Program-made: the position numbers and the translations under genes
Part shown: positions 19,945 through 29,222 of the stretch, one piece after another
Position numbering within the stretch: position 1 is the stretch's first letter
Layout: each line of letters starts with the position of its first letter
Notes under the pieces: generated by a model
What the model saw: only the letters and a program-made list of their open reading frames with translations
Database searches by the model: none
Told to the model about the DNA's origin: nothing
From: an uncultured bacterium
GTDB taxonomy: Bacteria; Hydrothermota; Tepidihabitantia; SM23-42
NCBI GenBank assembly: GCA_964419565.1
Contig: CAYQPW010000005.1
Location: forward strand, 22,297 to 86,296
DNA length: 64,000 nt
Reading direction: 5' to 3'

Positions 19945-20257
19945 GAAAGAAAGTATAGTCCTTGCCGTTCTCGTTATACTTCTAATAGTCCTGAATATAA
20001 TAAGTTATCTTAAGAGAGAACAGATAAAGAGGAATACCTCGATCATAGCACAGGAAATAGCTGTCAAGATACCGATTAACAGTGCCTGGACTGAAGAATT
20101 GGAATTACTCCCTGGGATCGGTCCTTCTCTGGCCAACCGCATAGTAGCATACCGGGAAGAACATGGAGATTTTAAAAGGATCGAGGATCTGAAGAAAGTC
20201 AAAGGTATCGGTGACAAAGTGCTCAAACAGATAAACCCTTATGTGAAATTACAGTGA
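19937..20257 (+). CDS. comEA: ComEA-family helix-hairpin-helix DNA-binding protein
   Basis: An N-terminal TM anchor is followed by 'LELLPGIGPSLANRIVAYREEHGDFKRIEDLKKVKGIGDKVLKQI', which is tandem HhH. Confidence 0.8.
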   Translation: MNKKESIVLAVLVILLIVLNIISYLKREQIKRNTSIIAQEIAVKIPINSAWTEELELLPGIGPSLANRIVAYREEHGDFKRIEDLKKVKGIGDKVLKQINPYVKLQ

Positions 20258-20281
20258 AACCGATAGACTAAAGGGGGAGAG

Positions 20282-22144
20282 ATGTTATTATTTATTTTCA
20301 TGCAGTTATTCAATATTGATCAGGTTACCCTTGATCATGCAATGGGTATTATGAGGCCTCTTTACAATGAGAAGATTGAGAATTCAGCATCCGTCTACTC
20401 TGGTGCTATTCCGATGTGGTGCTCTATGGACAGGACAAGATCCATGGATATGGATTTCCACCGTACAGATATCATCATCGGTGATACACCTGCCGAAACC
20501 CTGTCGATCAGTGGCTATTTCTATAATGAGGGCGATATAATCATCATCAATGATGGTGTACTCATCGTGCACAATGCTGATTTCAATCTTGCTGGTAACG
20601 TCATCATGGTTAATCGGGCTAAAGCAGTTATCGATTCAAGTATGTTGAATTTCATCCAGGCATATATCTATCATCGTATTATCTATGTCACTGATACTGC
20701 AGACCTATCGGTCAGTAATTCGACAACGAACTTTAGCGGTTATCCGTTCAGTGTCAGCGTGGCTGGTGCTGGTATGCTGACATTCAATGAGGTTGTCAAT
20801 GAAGATTGGATAACCGCTGGGGTAGCGCATAATGCTTCGGTTTATCTTGAAAATGTCGGTATTACCGGTGAATGGTTGTTTGCCGATGATTGCTACGCGA
20901 AATTCAAACATGTTGACGAGCTTCTCACCTGGTATTTTTGTGAAGATAATTCTGTCGTTGATATATCTTTTCCGGATGGAGATACAGTCTATGGGTTTTG
21001 TTTTGATTCAACGCTCAGCTATATAAGCGGTATAGGCTATCACGCCGAGATCGACAGCTCAACCGATTGTATGTGGGCGACAATACCTTTGAGAGGATGC
21101 GATGTGACTGTTCAGGATTCTGACCTGAGGGTTACTGGTCTTATGTTTGAGGGTGCAGATAGTTTTACGATTTACGGTCTGGTCAATGGTCTTTTTTATA
21201 ATGATTATACACTGCCCGTACAAGACAGGAATTACCATTTGATAAATACGTCAGTGCAGACATGGAATCTATATCCTGATGATACTTCATATGTCGATCT
21301 CTCGAATTCTATTTTCGGTGAACTGTGCGGATTTGGTAATAGCTATACTATTATTCAAAACGCTTTTTGTGATGGCACGGGCGGTCATATCGAGGCAACT
21401 TCACAAGCATTCGTTATAGTTTTTTTATCGAGTATTTTCGCTGATGTAATAACCAAGGAGCACGGCGTGTGTCTGCTTGGATACTGTTCTATGCCCTGGG
21501 GAAATATATGGGTCACGGGTTCTTCGATAATGGTTCTTATAAATACGCAGTTCCCCCAAGAACCGATACCATCTGATACAGCGATCGTTTTCGTTGCTGG
21601 AATCGCCGCTCCGAGTAATGCATATATTGACGATACGGTGGGCGTCATGGGCTCGGCTTGGATAGATAAGGGTCCTTATAATCCGCTGGACTTTGATTTT
21701 TACGAGCTTTACTTTCATGAACTCGGTGAATCAACATGGATTTTGATAGAAGACACACATTTTGTAGAGGTGCGTGATGATACGCTGGGTAATTGGAATA
21801 CCGCGGGCTTTACGCCTGGTACCTATGAGCTCAGACTCGTCCTTAAGAGCACTGCCGGCGACAGCATCGAGGCATTAAAACAGGTCAATCTAAGACCGAT
21901 GGGTGTCCTCGATGTCTTTTCTAGTGAACTCGACCTTGGTTTGATAACCGTGAAACAAGTTGCACCGCGTATTTTTTATATCACGAGTTTTGACTCAAAC
22001 CCTCAGATCTGCATTTATGATATTGTTGGGCGTGCGGTTCACGAAATAAAAACTTGCGAGTTATATTGGACTGCTCCAGCGAGCGGTATATATTTTGTGC
22101 GCGATAGTAAAACCGCTTATACTCAGAAAATTATCGCCTATTGA
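20282..22144 (+). CDS. T9SS-sorted secreted protein, probably a beta-helix fold, function unknown
   Basis: The C-terminus 'ICIYDIVGRAVHEIK..SGIYFVRDSKTAYTQKIIAY' looks like a T9SS C-terminal sorting domain. An SD-like GGGGGAG lies upstream of the ATG. Confidence 0.6.
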   Translation: MLLFIFMQLFNIDQVTLDHAMGIMRPLYNEKIENSASVYSGAIPMWCSMDRTRSMDMDFHRTDIIIGDTPAETLSISGYFYNEGDIIIINDGVLIVHNADFNLAGNVIMVNRAKAVIDSSMLNFIQAYIYHRIIYVTDTADLSVSNSTTNFSGYPFSVSVAGAGMLTFNEVVNEDWITAGVAHNASVYLENVGITGEWLFADDCYAKFKHVDELLTWYFCEDNSVVDISFPDGDTVYGFCFDSTLSYISGIGYHAEIDSSTDCMWATIPLRGCDVTVQDSDLRVTGLMFEGADSFTIYGLVNGLFYNDYTLPVQDRNYHLINTSVQTWNLYPDDTSYVDLSNSIFGELCGFGNSYTIIQNAFCDGTGGHIEATSQAFVIVFLSSIFADVITKEHGVCLLGYCSMPWGNIWVTGSSIMVLINTQFPQEPIPSDTAIVFVAGIAAPSNAYIDDTVGVMGSAWIDKGPYNPLDFDFYELYFHELGESTWILIEDTHFVEVRDDTLGNWNTAGFTPGTYELRLVLKSTAGDSIEALKQVNLRPMGVLDVFSSELDLGLITVKQVAPRIFYITSFDSNPQICIYDIVGRAVHEIKTCELYWTAPASGIYFVRDSKTAYTQKIIAY

Positions 22145-22196
22145 AAATTCAACTGCAAGAACGAGATAAAGTCCCCGCAAACCATCCCCCGTACAA

Positions 22197-22238
22197 TTGA
22201 CTTATATAGAAATTTATGTAGAATAAATTGAAAGGAGG
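22197..22238 (+). promoter_or_regulatory. Promoter-like TTGACT-16-TAGAAT plus GGAGG RBS ahead of the 22244 ORF, marking the start of the Cys-repeat/rSAM operon
   Basis: I read 'TTGACTtatatagaaatttatgTAGAATaaattgaaaGGAGGtatgcATG' directly. Confidence 0.4.
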
Positions 22239-22243
22239 TATGC

Positions 22244-22633
22244 ATGAACTTACCTTATGGCGAAATCAAGGATAAAATCCTGCAAATTAAATTTTCCACA
22301 GCAGATTTTTCGATCGCTGCGGTGCTCAGTGCAGTCAAAGTCCACCTTGATGTAATCGAGGAGATGGGAGTTATTTTTCTTGGTGCTCAAACTGATATCG
22401 TTGCTGGTCCTACTCCGGTATTTCAGCCGGTTCCGGTCATTGCCCAGTTCGAATATACGGGAAAAGGAGCGAGCAAAGATATCCTTGAGAAAGTGTACAG
22501 GATTGTGTGGCAGGGGATCGTGAGTTCATTCCCTGATGAGACGAAATGGTCAGAAGCAAAAGAGGCATATGCTTCATTTATCGCAGCACAGGCTGACCTG
22601 CTGAGAGCACGTATCGAAGCATCTAAAGAATGA
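22244..22633 (+). CDS. Hypothetical 129-aa protein. It is the first gene of the putative operon with the Cys/His-repeat protein and rSAM/SPASM
   Basis: It has its own promoter-like TTGACT-16-TAGAAT and a strong GGAGG RBS 6 nt before the ATG. The protein contains no Cys. Confidence 0.5.
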   Translation: MNLPYGEIKDKILQIKFSTADFSIAAVLSAVKVHLDVIEEMGVIFLGAQTDIVAGPTPVFQPVPVIAQFEYTGKGASKDILEKVYRIVWQGIVSSFPDETKWSEAKEAYASFIAAQADLLRARIEASKE

Positions 22634-22690
22634 TATTTAATGACGCTAAATGATAAATGTCAAGGAATTCTACGATTATATCACTAAATT

Positions 22691-24199
22691 ATGATGTGTA
22701 GTTTTCTTATACTAACACTGCTGTCATTATCAGCTGACCTTCGCTGGGTAGAGGTTGATGTCTCGTTGTGGCAAGATGGTCGGGCAGATTTTGTATATAA
22801 AGTCCGCTGGCATGTCCCTTCTGGGACCATGAGTGGGTTCTATTTTCAGGAACAAACGGTCGTTCCTTATTTTGATTTTGATGATGCCTATGCGATCGAT
22901 GAATCTGGTACGAGGTACCCTCTTGAGATAAAAGATCTCGGCAATCAATACGATATAATCCTTGCCCGGGGAAAGAGGTTTGGTCCGGGCGAGATAACAT
23001 ATATTTTCCATTATGGCGGCGATCTTGGCCAAAGCGGTAATCTCGCTAAAACGGCGAGTGAATTCGGTGATCTTGTTGTCTTCCATTGGGCACCGACTCA
23101 ATGGGATGAGCCGCTTGAACACTATACGGTCTATGTCTACTATCCGATAACGGTCCCGGGTGAAGATGTTGACCCTGATGATTACGGATTTCGGACTGAA
23201 AAGTTCATGAATGAGAATTATTTGCTTTCATACTTTGGTCAGCCATACAAGGGCGAAACCTTTTTTACGGTTCGTATACATAAAAATAATGTAGACACCA
23301 AAGAGAAAATACTCATTCAGCAGTACGTGCCAGCTGAGTATTTTGAAACCGAAAAGTTCGGCACCATTGAGATCATACCAGAAAGTCAAAAGAGATTTTC
23401 TTTTCCCTTTGAAGTACTCTGGATGATACTGTATGTCGTCCCTTATATATTCTTCAATAACAAGAAAGCAAAGCGCATAAAGGGAGCATACAGTGATGTT
23501 GCCAGTCTCAAATGGCTGCGCGACGACTGGGTACCACCAAAGCTCGAAGTGGCTACTTTCCGTAAATCTGGTAAGGTCGCTAAACTCGATCTCATTGAGG
23601 CCGCTTTATTGCTAGATTATCCAGTCAACAAAGTGCTGACCATATTAGCATATAAACTGCAGGATAATGGTCTGCTCGATATCACATCACGTCAGCCCAT
23701 GAAGATAAAGATTCTCAAGAGACCGACTGGATTGCGGTATTATGAAACAGGTTTTCTTGATGCCGTGAAATCCGACGGGACATTAGATGAAGCGGGTCTC
23801 AAAGCATTGATAACTCAGGTCGTCGAAAAGATATCTGCCAAATCCTGGGATTGTGACATAAAGGCGACAAAACTCTATTATGAAGAGAAAATAGGAAGTC
23901 CTTCTCCAGATATCGATCCAGAATACAATAAATCTGAATATTATGATTATCTGTCAGGACGCTCGTTTGCCAGACAGGGATATTTTAATGAAACAGAATC
24001 CGCTTTTGTCGTGTATGGGGCACCGATTAAAAGTTATTCTGCATTCGTGGCTTCTGATGCCTGTCACAGTGCTTGTTATGTACATACTGCCTGCCATGAC
24101 GCTTGTCATTCGGCATGCCATTCAGCCTGTCACTCGGCATGCCATTCAGCCTGCCACTCGGCGTGCCATTCAGCCTGCGTGAGCGGAGGAGCGCATTAA
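22691..24199 (+). CDS. Bitopic membrane protein (DUF2207-like layout) ending in a periodic (A-C-H-S)n Cys/His-repeat tail
   Basis: It has an N-terminal signal/anchor and a central TM ('FEVLWMILYVVPYIFF'). The C-terminus is 'DACHSACYVHTACHDACHSACHSACHSACHSACHSACHSACVSGGAH'. The N-terminal domain 'VDVSLWQDGRADFVYKVRWHVPSG..GFYF' resembles the DUF2207 start. Confidence 0.7.
   Translation: MMCSFLILTLLSLSADLRWVEVDVSLWQDGRADFVYKVRWHVPSGTMSGFYFQEQTVVPYFDFDDAYAIDESGTRYPLEIKDLGNQYDIILARGKRFGPGEITYIFHYGGDLGQSGNLAKTASEFGDLVVFHWAPTQWDEPLEHYTVYVYYPITVPGEDVDPDDYGFRTEKFMNENYLLSYFGQPYKGETFFTVRIHKNNVDTKEKILIQQYVPAEYFETEKFGTIEIIPESQKRFSFPFEVLWMILYVVPYIFFNNKKAKRIKGAYSDVASLKWLRDDWVPPKLEVATFRKSGKVAKLDLIEAALLLDYPVNKVLTILAYKLQDNGLLDITSRQPMKIKILKRPTGLRYYETGFLDAVKSDGTLDEAGLKALITQVVEKISAKSWDCDIKATKLYYEEKIGSPSPDIDPEYNKSEYYDYLSGRSFARQGYFNETESAFVVYGAPIKSYSAFVASDACHSACYVHTACHDACHSACHSACHSACHSACHSACHSACVSGGAH
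24101..24178 (+). repeat. In-frame 24-nt tandem DNA repeat (about 3 units, 'gcatgccattcagcctgtcactcg') encoding (ACHS)2 per unit
   Basis: There are three consecutive near-identical 24-mers at 24113-24184. Confidence 0.8.
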
Positions 24200-25560
24200 T
24201 GACATTCGAGATTTCAGATTCAGGATTTAAGAATTCCAAAGGAAATATTATCGAAGACGAACGACGATTTACGGATACGAGTTTTAATATCACCTGGGTC
24301 GATGAGTTTGTTGAAAAAATTAAGCCTTATGTCTTTGTGCGTGAGTTCGATAAGCTTTTGATCTTAATACCTAACCAGGCATATAAACTCAATGATGCTG
24401 GTGTTAGCACGCTTGATTTTCTGTTTAAGGGTCATTCGATCGAGGAGTTTCTAAATATTGTTGGTGATAATTCAGAGAAAAGAGAACAGCTGCATTATTT
24501 CTTCTGTGATCTCAGGGCAGCAGTGAACGGCTGCTTACGTGAGGACGAAAACCGTCAAGCTGTGTCTTATTATGAATTCAGCGGCGCATTTACAGAATAT
24601 CCGGTACTATCGGAGATCGCGGTCACTTATCGATGTAATTTAAAATGCGATTTCTGCTATGTTGGCGATCGTGATTATAATGAACTCAAGACGAGCGATA
24701 TGAAAAAGCTGCTCTTTAAGATATTAAAAGAAGCAAGGGTACCTTCAGTCAGTTTTACCGGAGGTGAACCACTGCTGCGTCAGGATATCGGTTTCCTCGT
24801 TGAATATGCACATGATCTCGGTCTCTGGACTAACCTCATTACCAATGGTACGCTTCTGGATATTGATAAAGTAACCGAGTTGAAAACCAGCGGTCTTTCG
24901 AGTGCTCAGGTCAGTATCGAAGGGCCAGACCCTAATATACACGACAGGATAACCGGGGTTACTGGATCATTCAACGCGACCGTTAAAGGAATTAAATCGT
25001 TACAAAAAGCAGGTATCCCGGTGCATACCAATACGACAGTTTCGCGAAACAACATCGATGAACTCATAGATATTCTCTTATTGATCAAAAGTATCGGTTT
25101 GAATCGCCTGTCAATGAACCTGCTCATCCCGTGCGGTGCCGCACGCCATAGAGAGGATATCTGGGTTTCATATTCAGAGATCGGCGATCATATACTAAAA
25201 GTAAAGCGGCGCGCTGACCAGGAGGGAATAAAATTCCTGTGGTATTCTCCCATACCGATGTGCAAATTCAACCCGGTCGCTTATGGATTTGGCAATAAAT
25301 CTTGTGCCGCGATCACTGGATTGTTGAGTCTCGATCCGATGGGGAATATCATACCATGCTCATCATGGCGAAAGCCTGTGGCATCACTTTTGAAAAGGAG
25401 ATTCCAGGACATATGGCAGTCTTCGGTATTGAGTTTTTTCAAGAATATCGAGTATGCTCCGGACGAGTGCCATGAATGCCTTGAGTTTGATATCTGCAAA
25501 GGAGCATGTCCTCTGTATTGGGCGGCTCAGGGTAAAGAGGAGCTCGATGACCGAACATAA
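24199..25560 (+). CDS. Radical SAM/SPASM-domain peptide-modifying enzyme with an N-terminal PqqD-like RRE domain
   Basis: 'AVTYRCNLKCDFCYVG' is the CxxxCxxC motif, and 'SFTGGEPLL' is present. The C-terminal SPASM cysteines are 'CAAITG..CSSW..CHEC..CKGAC'. The N-terminal ~140 aa '..LLILIPNQAYKLNDAGVSTLDFL.KGHSIEEFLNIV' fits the PqqD/RRE pattern. The start overlaps the upstream stop as TAATG, with GGAGG 8 nt upstream. Confidence 0.8.
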   Translation: MTFEISDSGFKNSKGNIIEDERRFTDTSFNITWVDEFVEKIKPYVFVREFDKLLILIPNQAYKLNDAGVSTLDFLFKGHSIEEFLNIVGDNSEKREQLHYFFCDLRAAVNGCLREDENRQAVSYYEFSGAFTEYPVLSEIAVTYRCNLKCDFCYVGDRDYNELKTSDMKKLLFKILKEARVPSVSFTGGEPLLRQDIGFLVEYAHDLGLWTNLITNGTLLDIDKVTELKTSGLSSAQVSIEGPDPNIHDRITGVTGSFNATVKGIKSLQKAGIPVHTNTTVSRNNIDELIDILLLIKSIGLNRLSMNLLIPCGAARHREDIWVSYSEIGDHILKVKRRADQEGIKFLWYSPIPMCKFNPVAYGFGNKSCAAITGLLSLDPMGNIIPCSSWRKPVASLLKRRFQDIWQSSVLSFFKNIEYAPDECHECLEFDICKGACPLYWAAQGKEELDDRT

Positions 25561-26461
25561 GTCATATCTTGTCTTCAATGAGATAAGTCCCAAATTACGG
25601 ACCCTGGTATCGGTTTTTTTGATCGGCGTCGGTTTTTTATTACAGCTTACCACGAGAAATATACTCGCTGGAATGCCTTTTATTGTCGGCTGTCTGGTCA
25701 TAAATCTTTTGAGAGGCATCTCAGTCAAGCAGGTCAGCGCGAAAAAATTGACTTGGCAAGAAGTGACCCCGGCAAAGATCGACCAGGTTCTCCAACAGTG
25801 TAAGCGCATAAAGAAGTTTCGCAGCAACGATGCCGGTTGTCTTATCGGTGTCATTGTCTTGCTCATCTTTGGGTTTTCCTTTGGTATACCGCTGATCGCA
25901 CTGGTCGTACGTTTAAATTTCGCATTTGTGGCAGCCGTCGTGAATGCGATAATACTCTTTGGAGGTCTGGCTTTTAGCGGACGCAGGAGTGCCTGGATGC
26001 CCAAAGCTTTGGATATCAAAACGGAAATAGTGAAACGTATGATCGGGTCAGCGATCATTAAAAAGTACCCCAAAACTCAGGTCATTCCATACCTTGAGGT
26101 TGGTGAAAGTGGCGAGGGTTCATTTCCTAATGATGCACGACTTATGGTCAGGTTCAGGGATGCACCAAAGGATTTCATCGGACTGCAGGGACAGATATCA
26201 ATAAACTCAGTTAAAGGCCGTCCATATCCTTATTTCTATGTTGTTCTTATTGCCAAACACTCATTCGATATTCTGAAAAAATTCGGCAAGCAGTCATTTG
26301 AAAAACTTGTCGTGGAACGTAAAGAGACGAGCGAGGTTGATGTGATCGTCATTAGACAGCGCACCACAAAAACCTCGGGTTACCATACTGATACCGCGGT
26401 TCAGGATTATACGCTGGATACCGGTTTAAAAGCCGTTAAGAATTTGCTGGAAGAATCCTGA
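25546..26461 (+). CDS. Membrane protein (4-5 TM at the N-terminus plus a C-terminal soluble domain), function unknown, in the rSAM locus
   Basis: There are hydrophobic helices 'LVSVFLIGVGFLL', 'MPFIVGCLVINLL' and 'LIGVIVLLIFGFSFGIPLIALVV'. The start 'MTEHKSY' overlaps the rSAM stop. Confidence 0.5.
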
Positions 26462-26480
26462 TTTTTTAAAGAGGTTTCCT

Positions 26481-28292
26481 TTGAAAGCTAAAGGCAAAGT
26501 TAAAGCAAAGAAAAAAACCAATATTATCCTGCCATTAGCCATAATTATATCATTAGTGTTTCTAGCATTTCTTCCTTCTTTACAAAACGGTTTTACAAAT
26601 TGGGATGACAATGTCCTGGTGACTGAGAATATGATGATCCGGGGATTATCATGGCACAATATCGGGCATTATTTTACATCCTATTATATCTCGACCTATA
26701 TTCCTTTGACTCTTTTGTCTTTTGCCCTTGAATACCAAGTAGCAGATCTCGATCCGCGTCTTTATCACATTACGAATCTTGCTATTCATATCATTAACTG
26801 CCTGCTTGTCTTTTGTCTTATACTCCTGCTAACCAAAAATACCTGGCTATCACTGATAACCGCGTTATTATTTGGGCTCCATCCTTTGCGTGTTGAATCC
26901 GTTGCCTGGGTTACCGAACGCAAAGATGTTCTTTTTGCTTTATTCTTCTTGAGCACCTTGATATTTTATTTACTTTACCAGAAGACCGCAAGAGTGAGAC
27001 ATTATTTTATTTCAATTCTCATGTTTATCCTCTCGGCTCTATCAAAAGGCATGGCGGTTACGCTGCCTTTTGTGATCCTGCTGTTCGATTATTATCTGAA
27101 GCGCCGGTTCGATAAAAAACTGTTCCTTGAAAAAATACCTTATTTTCTGATCGCCATTTTTTTTGCTCTGCTTGCTGTATTCGCTCAATTTCCGTCTATT
27201 GCGCGCCGGGTCGAGCCTTTAGTCGTTTTCCCCAGTACGCTTTTCATTGCCTGTCGTAATATCTGGTTTTATCTGCTCAAACTCTTGCTGCCCGTTAAAT
27301 TATCGGCTCTTTATCCATACCCGGATCTGTCTGGCAGTACCCTGCCTATAATATTCTATCTTTCTCCACTCATCGTCATCGTTCTGATAATACTCGCTAC
27401 TTATGGGAATGAGCGCTCCAGAAAGGTTTTTTTAGGCACCGCTTTTTTCTTATTCAATATAGTGACGGTCATCGGGATCATACCTCTTGCCGGTGATGCC
27501 ATCGCTGCAGACCGTTACACCTATATACCATCGATAGGGATATGTTTTCTTGTTGCGGCGGGTTTTTATTATCTCTATGAAAAGAAAAATATCGGCTTGA
27601 AATTCTATAAACCTGTTTTATTAGCGATATTGATCGCGGTACTGGGTATTTTTTCTATTTTGACATGGCAAAGATGCAAAGTGTGGAAAAACGACATGAC
27701 CTTATGGAAAGATGCTCTGAGTAAATATCCCAGTCCAGTGGCATTTAATAACCGGGGTCTTGTTTATTATGAAAAAAAACAATATGAAAAAGCGATAAGA
27801 GATTTTAATAGCGCTCTTGCTATGGATACTGAATATTCGACTGCTTATTACAATCGCGCAAATGTTTACGATGCGGAAGCAGATTATCAAAAGGCCTTAG
27901 CTGATTATAGCCGGGCTATTGAATTGGATCCTAAGGCGGCTAAAGCCTATAATAACCGGGGTCTGACGTATGGCCGTATGGGCAAACATCAAAAAGCAAT
28001 AGACGATTTCACTCAAGCAGTGCGCATCGATCCGACCTATGCGCTGGCTTTGAATAATCGGGGTATGATCTATGGTCGGCTTAAACAACATAAACAGGCG
28101 ATCGCTGATTTTACACAGGCGCTTCGTATCGATCCTGACTATGCAAAAAGTTATTATAACCGGGCGCTCGCATACTATTCTTTGGGTGATTATAAAAGGG
28201 CTTTACAAGATGCCGTTAAATCGGAGACACTCGGTTATGAAGTTAACCCCGGTTTTATGCAAAGACTCCAAAATGCGGTGGATAATCAATAG
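26481..28292 (+). CDS. TMTC-like membrane glycosyltransferase (PMT/GT39-like, DUF1736-type) fused to C-terminal TPR repeats
   Basis: It has about 10 N-terminal TM helices, then 6 or more TPR units ('AYYNRANVYD..AKAYNNRGLTYG..ALALNNRGMIYG..AKSYYNRALAYY'). Confidence 0.6.
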   Translation: MKAKGKVKAKKKTNIILPLAIIISLVFLAFLPSLQNGFTNWDDNVLVTENMMIRGLSWHNIGHYFTSYYISTYIPLTLLSFALEYQVADLDPRLYHITNLAIHIINCLLVFCLILLLTKNTWLSLITALLFGLHPLRVESVAWVTERKDVLFALFFLSTLIFYLLYQKTARVRHYFISILMFILSALSKGMAVTLPFVILLFDYYLKRRFDKKLFLEKIPYFLIAIFFALLAVFAQFPSIARRVEPLVVFPSTLFIACRNIWFYLLKLLLPVKLSALYPYPDLSGSTLPIIFYLSPLIVIVLIILATYGNERSRKVFLGTAFFLFNIVTVIGIIPLAGDAIAADRYTYIPSIGICFLVAAGFYYLYEKKNIGLKFYKPVLLAILIAVLGIFSILTWQRCKVWKNDMTLWKDALSKYPSPVAFNNRGLVYYEKKQYEKAIRDFNSALAMDTEYSTAYYNRANVYDAEADYQKALADYSRAIELDPKAAKAYNNRGLTYGRMGKHQKAIDDFTQAVRIDPTYALALNNRGMIYGRLKQHKQAIADFTQALRIDPDYAKSYYNRALAYYSLGDYKRALQDAVKSETLGYEVNPGFMQRLQNAVDNQ

Positions 28293-28439
28293 ATGACAGT
28301 GGATTAATAGGCGCCCCTTCAATGAATTCCCATCTATATACTCGGGAAAGGCAGTACAAGCATGAATGTCGCAACCACACTTTCTTTGATCATTGTAAAT
28401 GCACGATTTGTCGTGCAACTAATGGAGAATAAAGGTCAA

Positions 28440-29222
28440 TTATTTAAAATAGATGTCTTCCCGGCGGTCTTTCATTAGATCATTGTATATATTCATCTTT
28501 TTATCGAGAGCCAGTCCAGGGTCAATATCAATAACATGAACACATTCTTCAACTTTGGCACGATAGAGGATCTTACCACGCGGTCCGACGATTTCACTTT
28601 GTCCGATGAATTCATATGACTTATCACCGCGTTTTTCCTCACCCGTACGATTTGCCAGGATAATAAAGACTCCGTTTTCGAGCGCTCTTGTTTTATGTGC
28701 TTCAGGACAGTAGGACATAACAAGGTTTGCACAGTGTAATATTATTTGTGCTCCTTTAAGCGCCAGGGTGCGCATCGCTTCCGGGTATATCCAGTCATAG
28801 CAGACCAGTAATCCCAGCTTTGTATTCTCATATTCAAGCACTTGAAAACCCGTATCCCCCGGTGTAAAAAGATTTTTTTCTTCGAAATATAAATGAGATT
28901 TTCGATAGACACTGATAAGACCATGGGGTGCGACCAGGGCTGCGGAATTAAAAAATGCATTATTGTCTTTTTCTGCAAAGCCATAAGCAAAAGCACATTT
29001 ATGCTGACGCGCTAATTGTACCATAAAATCATATGTCAATCCGTTTGCCGGTTCGGCTAATTTATCGAGCTCGATTTTATCGAGAAATGTATAGCCGGTA
29101 TTAAAAAGCTCGGGCAGGACGATGAGCTCGGCATCGATACTGTTGAGTAGTTTTTCTACAGTGGCGAGATTCTTTTCTTTTTCGCCAAAGACTGGATCGA
29201 ATTGAACAAAACCGGCTTTCAT
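28440..29222 (-). CDS. Carbon-nitrogen hydrolase family protein (nitrilase/amidase superfamily)
   Basis: 'MKAGFVQFDPVFGEKEKNL..LIVLPELFNTGY' places the Glu, and the catalytic Cys is in 'LGLLVCYD'. Confidence 0.8.
   Translation of the reverse strand: MKAGFVQFDPVFGEKEKNLATVEKLLNSIDAELIVLPELFNTGYTFLDKIELDKLAEPANGLTYDFMVQLARQHKCAFAYGFAEKDNNAFFNSAALVAPHGLISVYRKSHLYFEEKNLFTPGDTGFQVLEYENTKLGLLVCYDWIYPEAMRTLALKGAQIILHCANLVMSYCPEAHKTRALENGVFIILANRTGEEKRGDKSYEFIGQSEIVGPRGKILYRAKVEECVHVIDIDPGLALDKKMNIYNDLMKDRREDIYFK

Noticed and set aside
24103-24198. An rSAM start at 24103, overlapping the Cys-repeat coding region by 97 nt
   Set aside because: The ATG at 24199 has a GGAGG RBS and forms a TAATG junction. 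The upstream extension simply reads the repeat in another frame.
22691-24199. The Cys-repeat protein as a sulfatase, or the rSAM as anSME (formylglycine-generating)
   Set aside because: The protein has no C/S-x-P-x-R sulfatase motif and no sulfatase fold signatures. The repeat is C-H-S-A, not an anSME target.
28366-28395. A small hairpin TGCACGA-tttg-TCGTGCA between the TMTC-like gene and the CN-hydrolase gene
   Set aside because: It has a 7-bp stem and no U-tract on either strand, so I am not confident it is a terminator.
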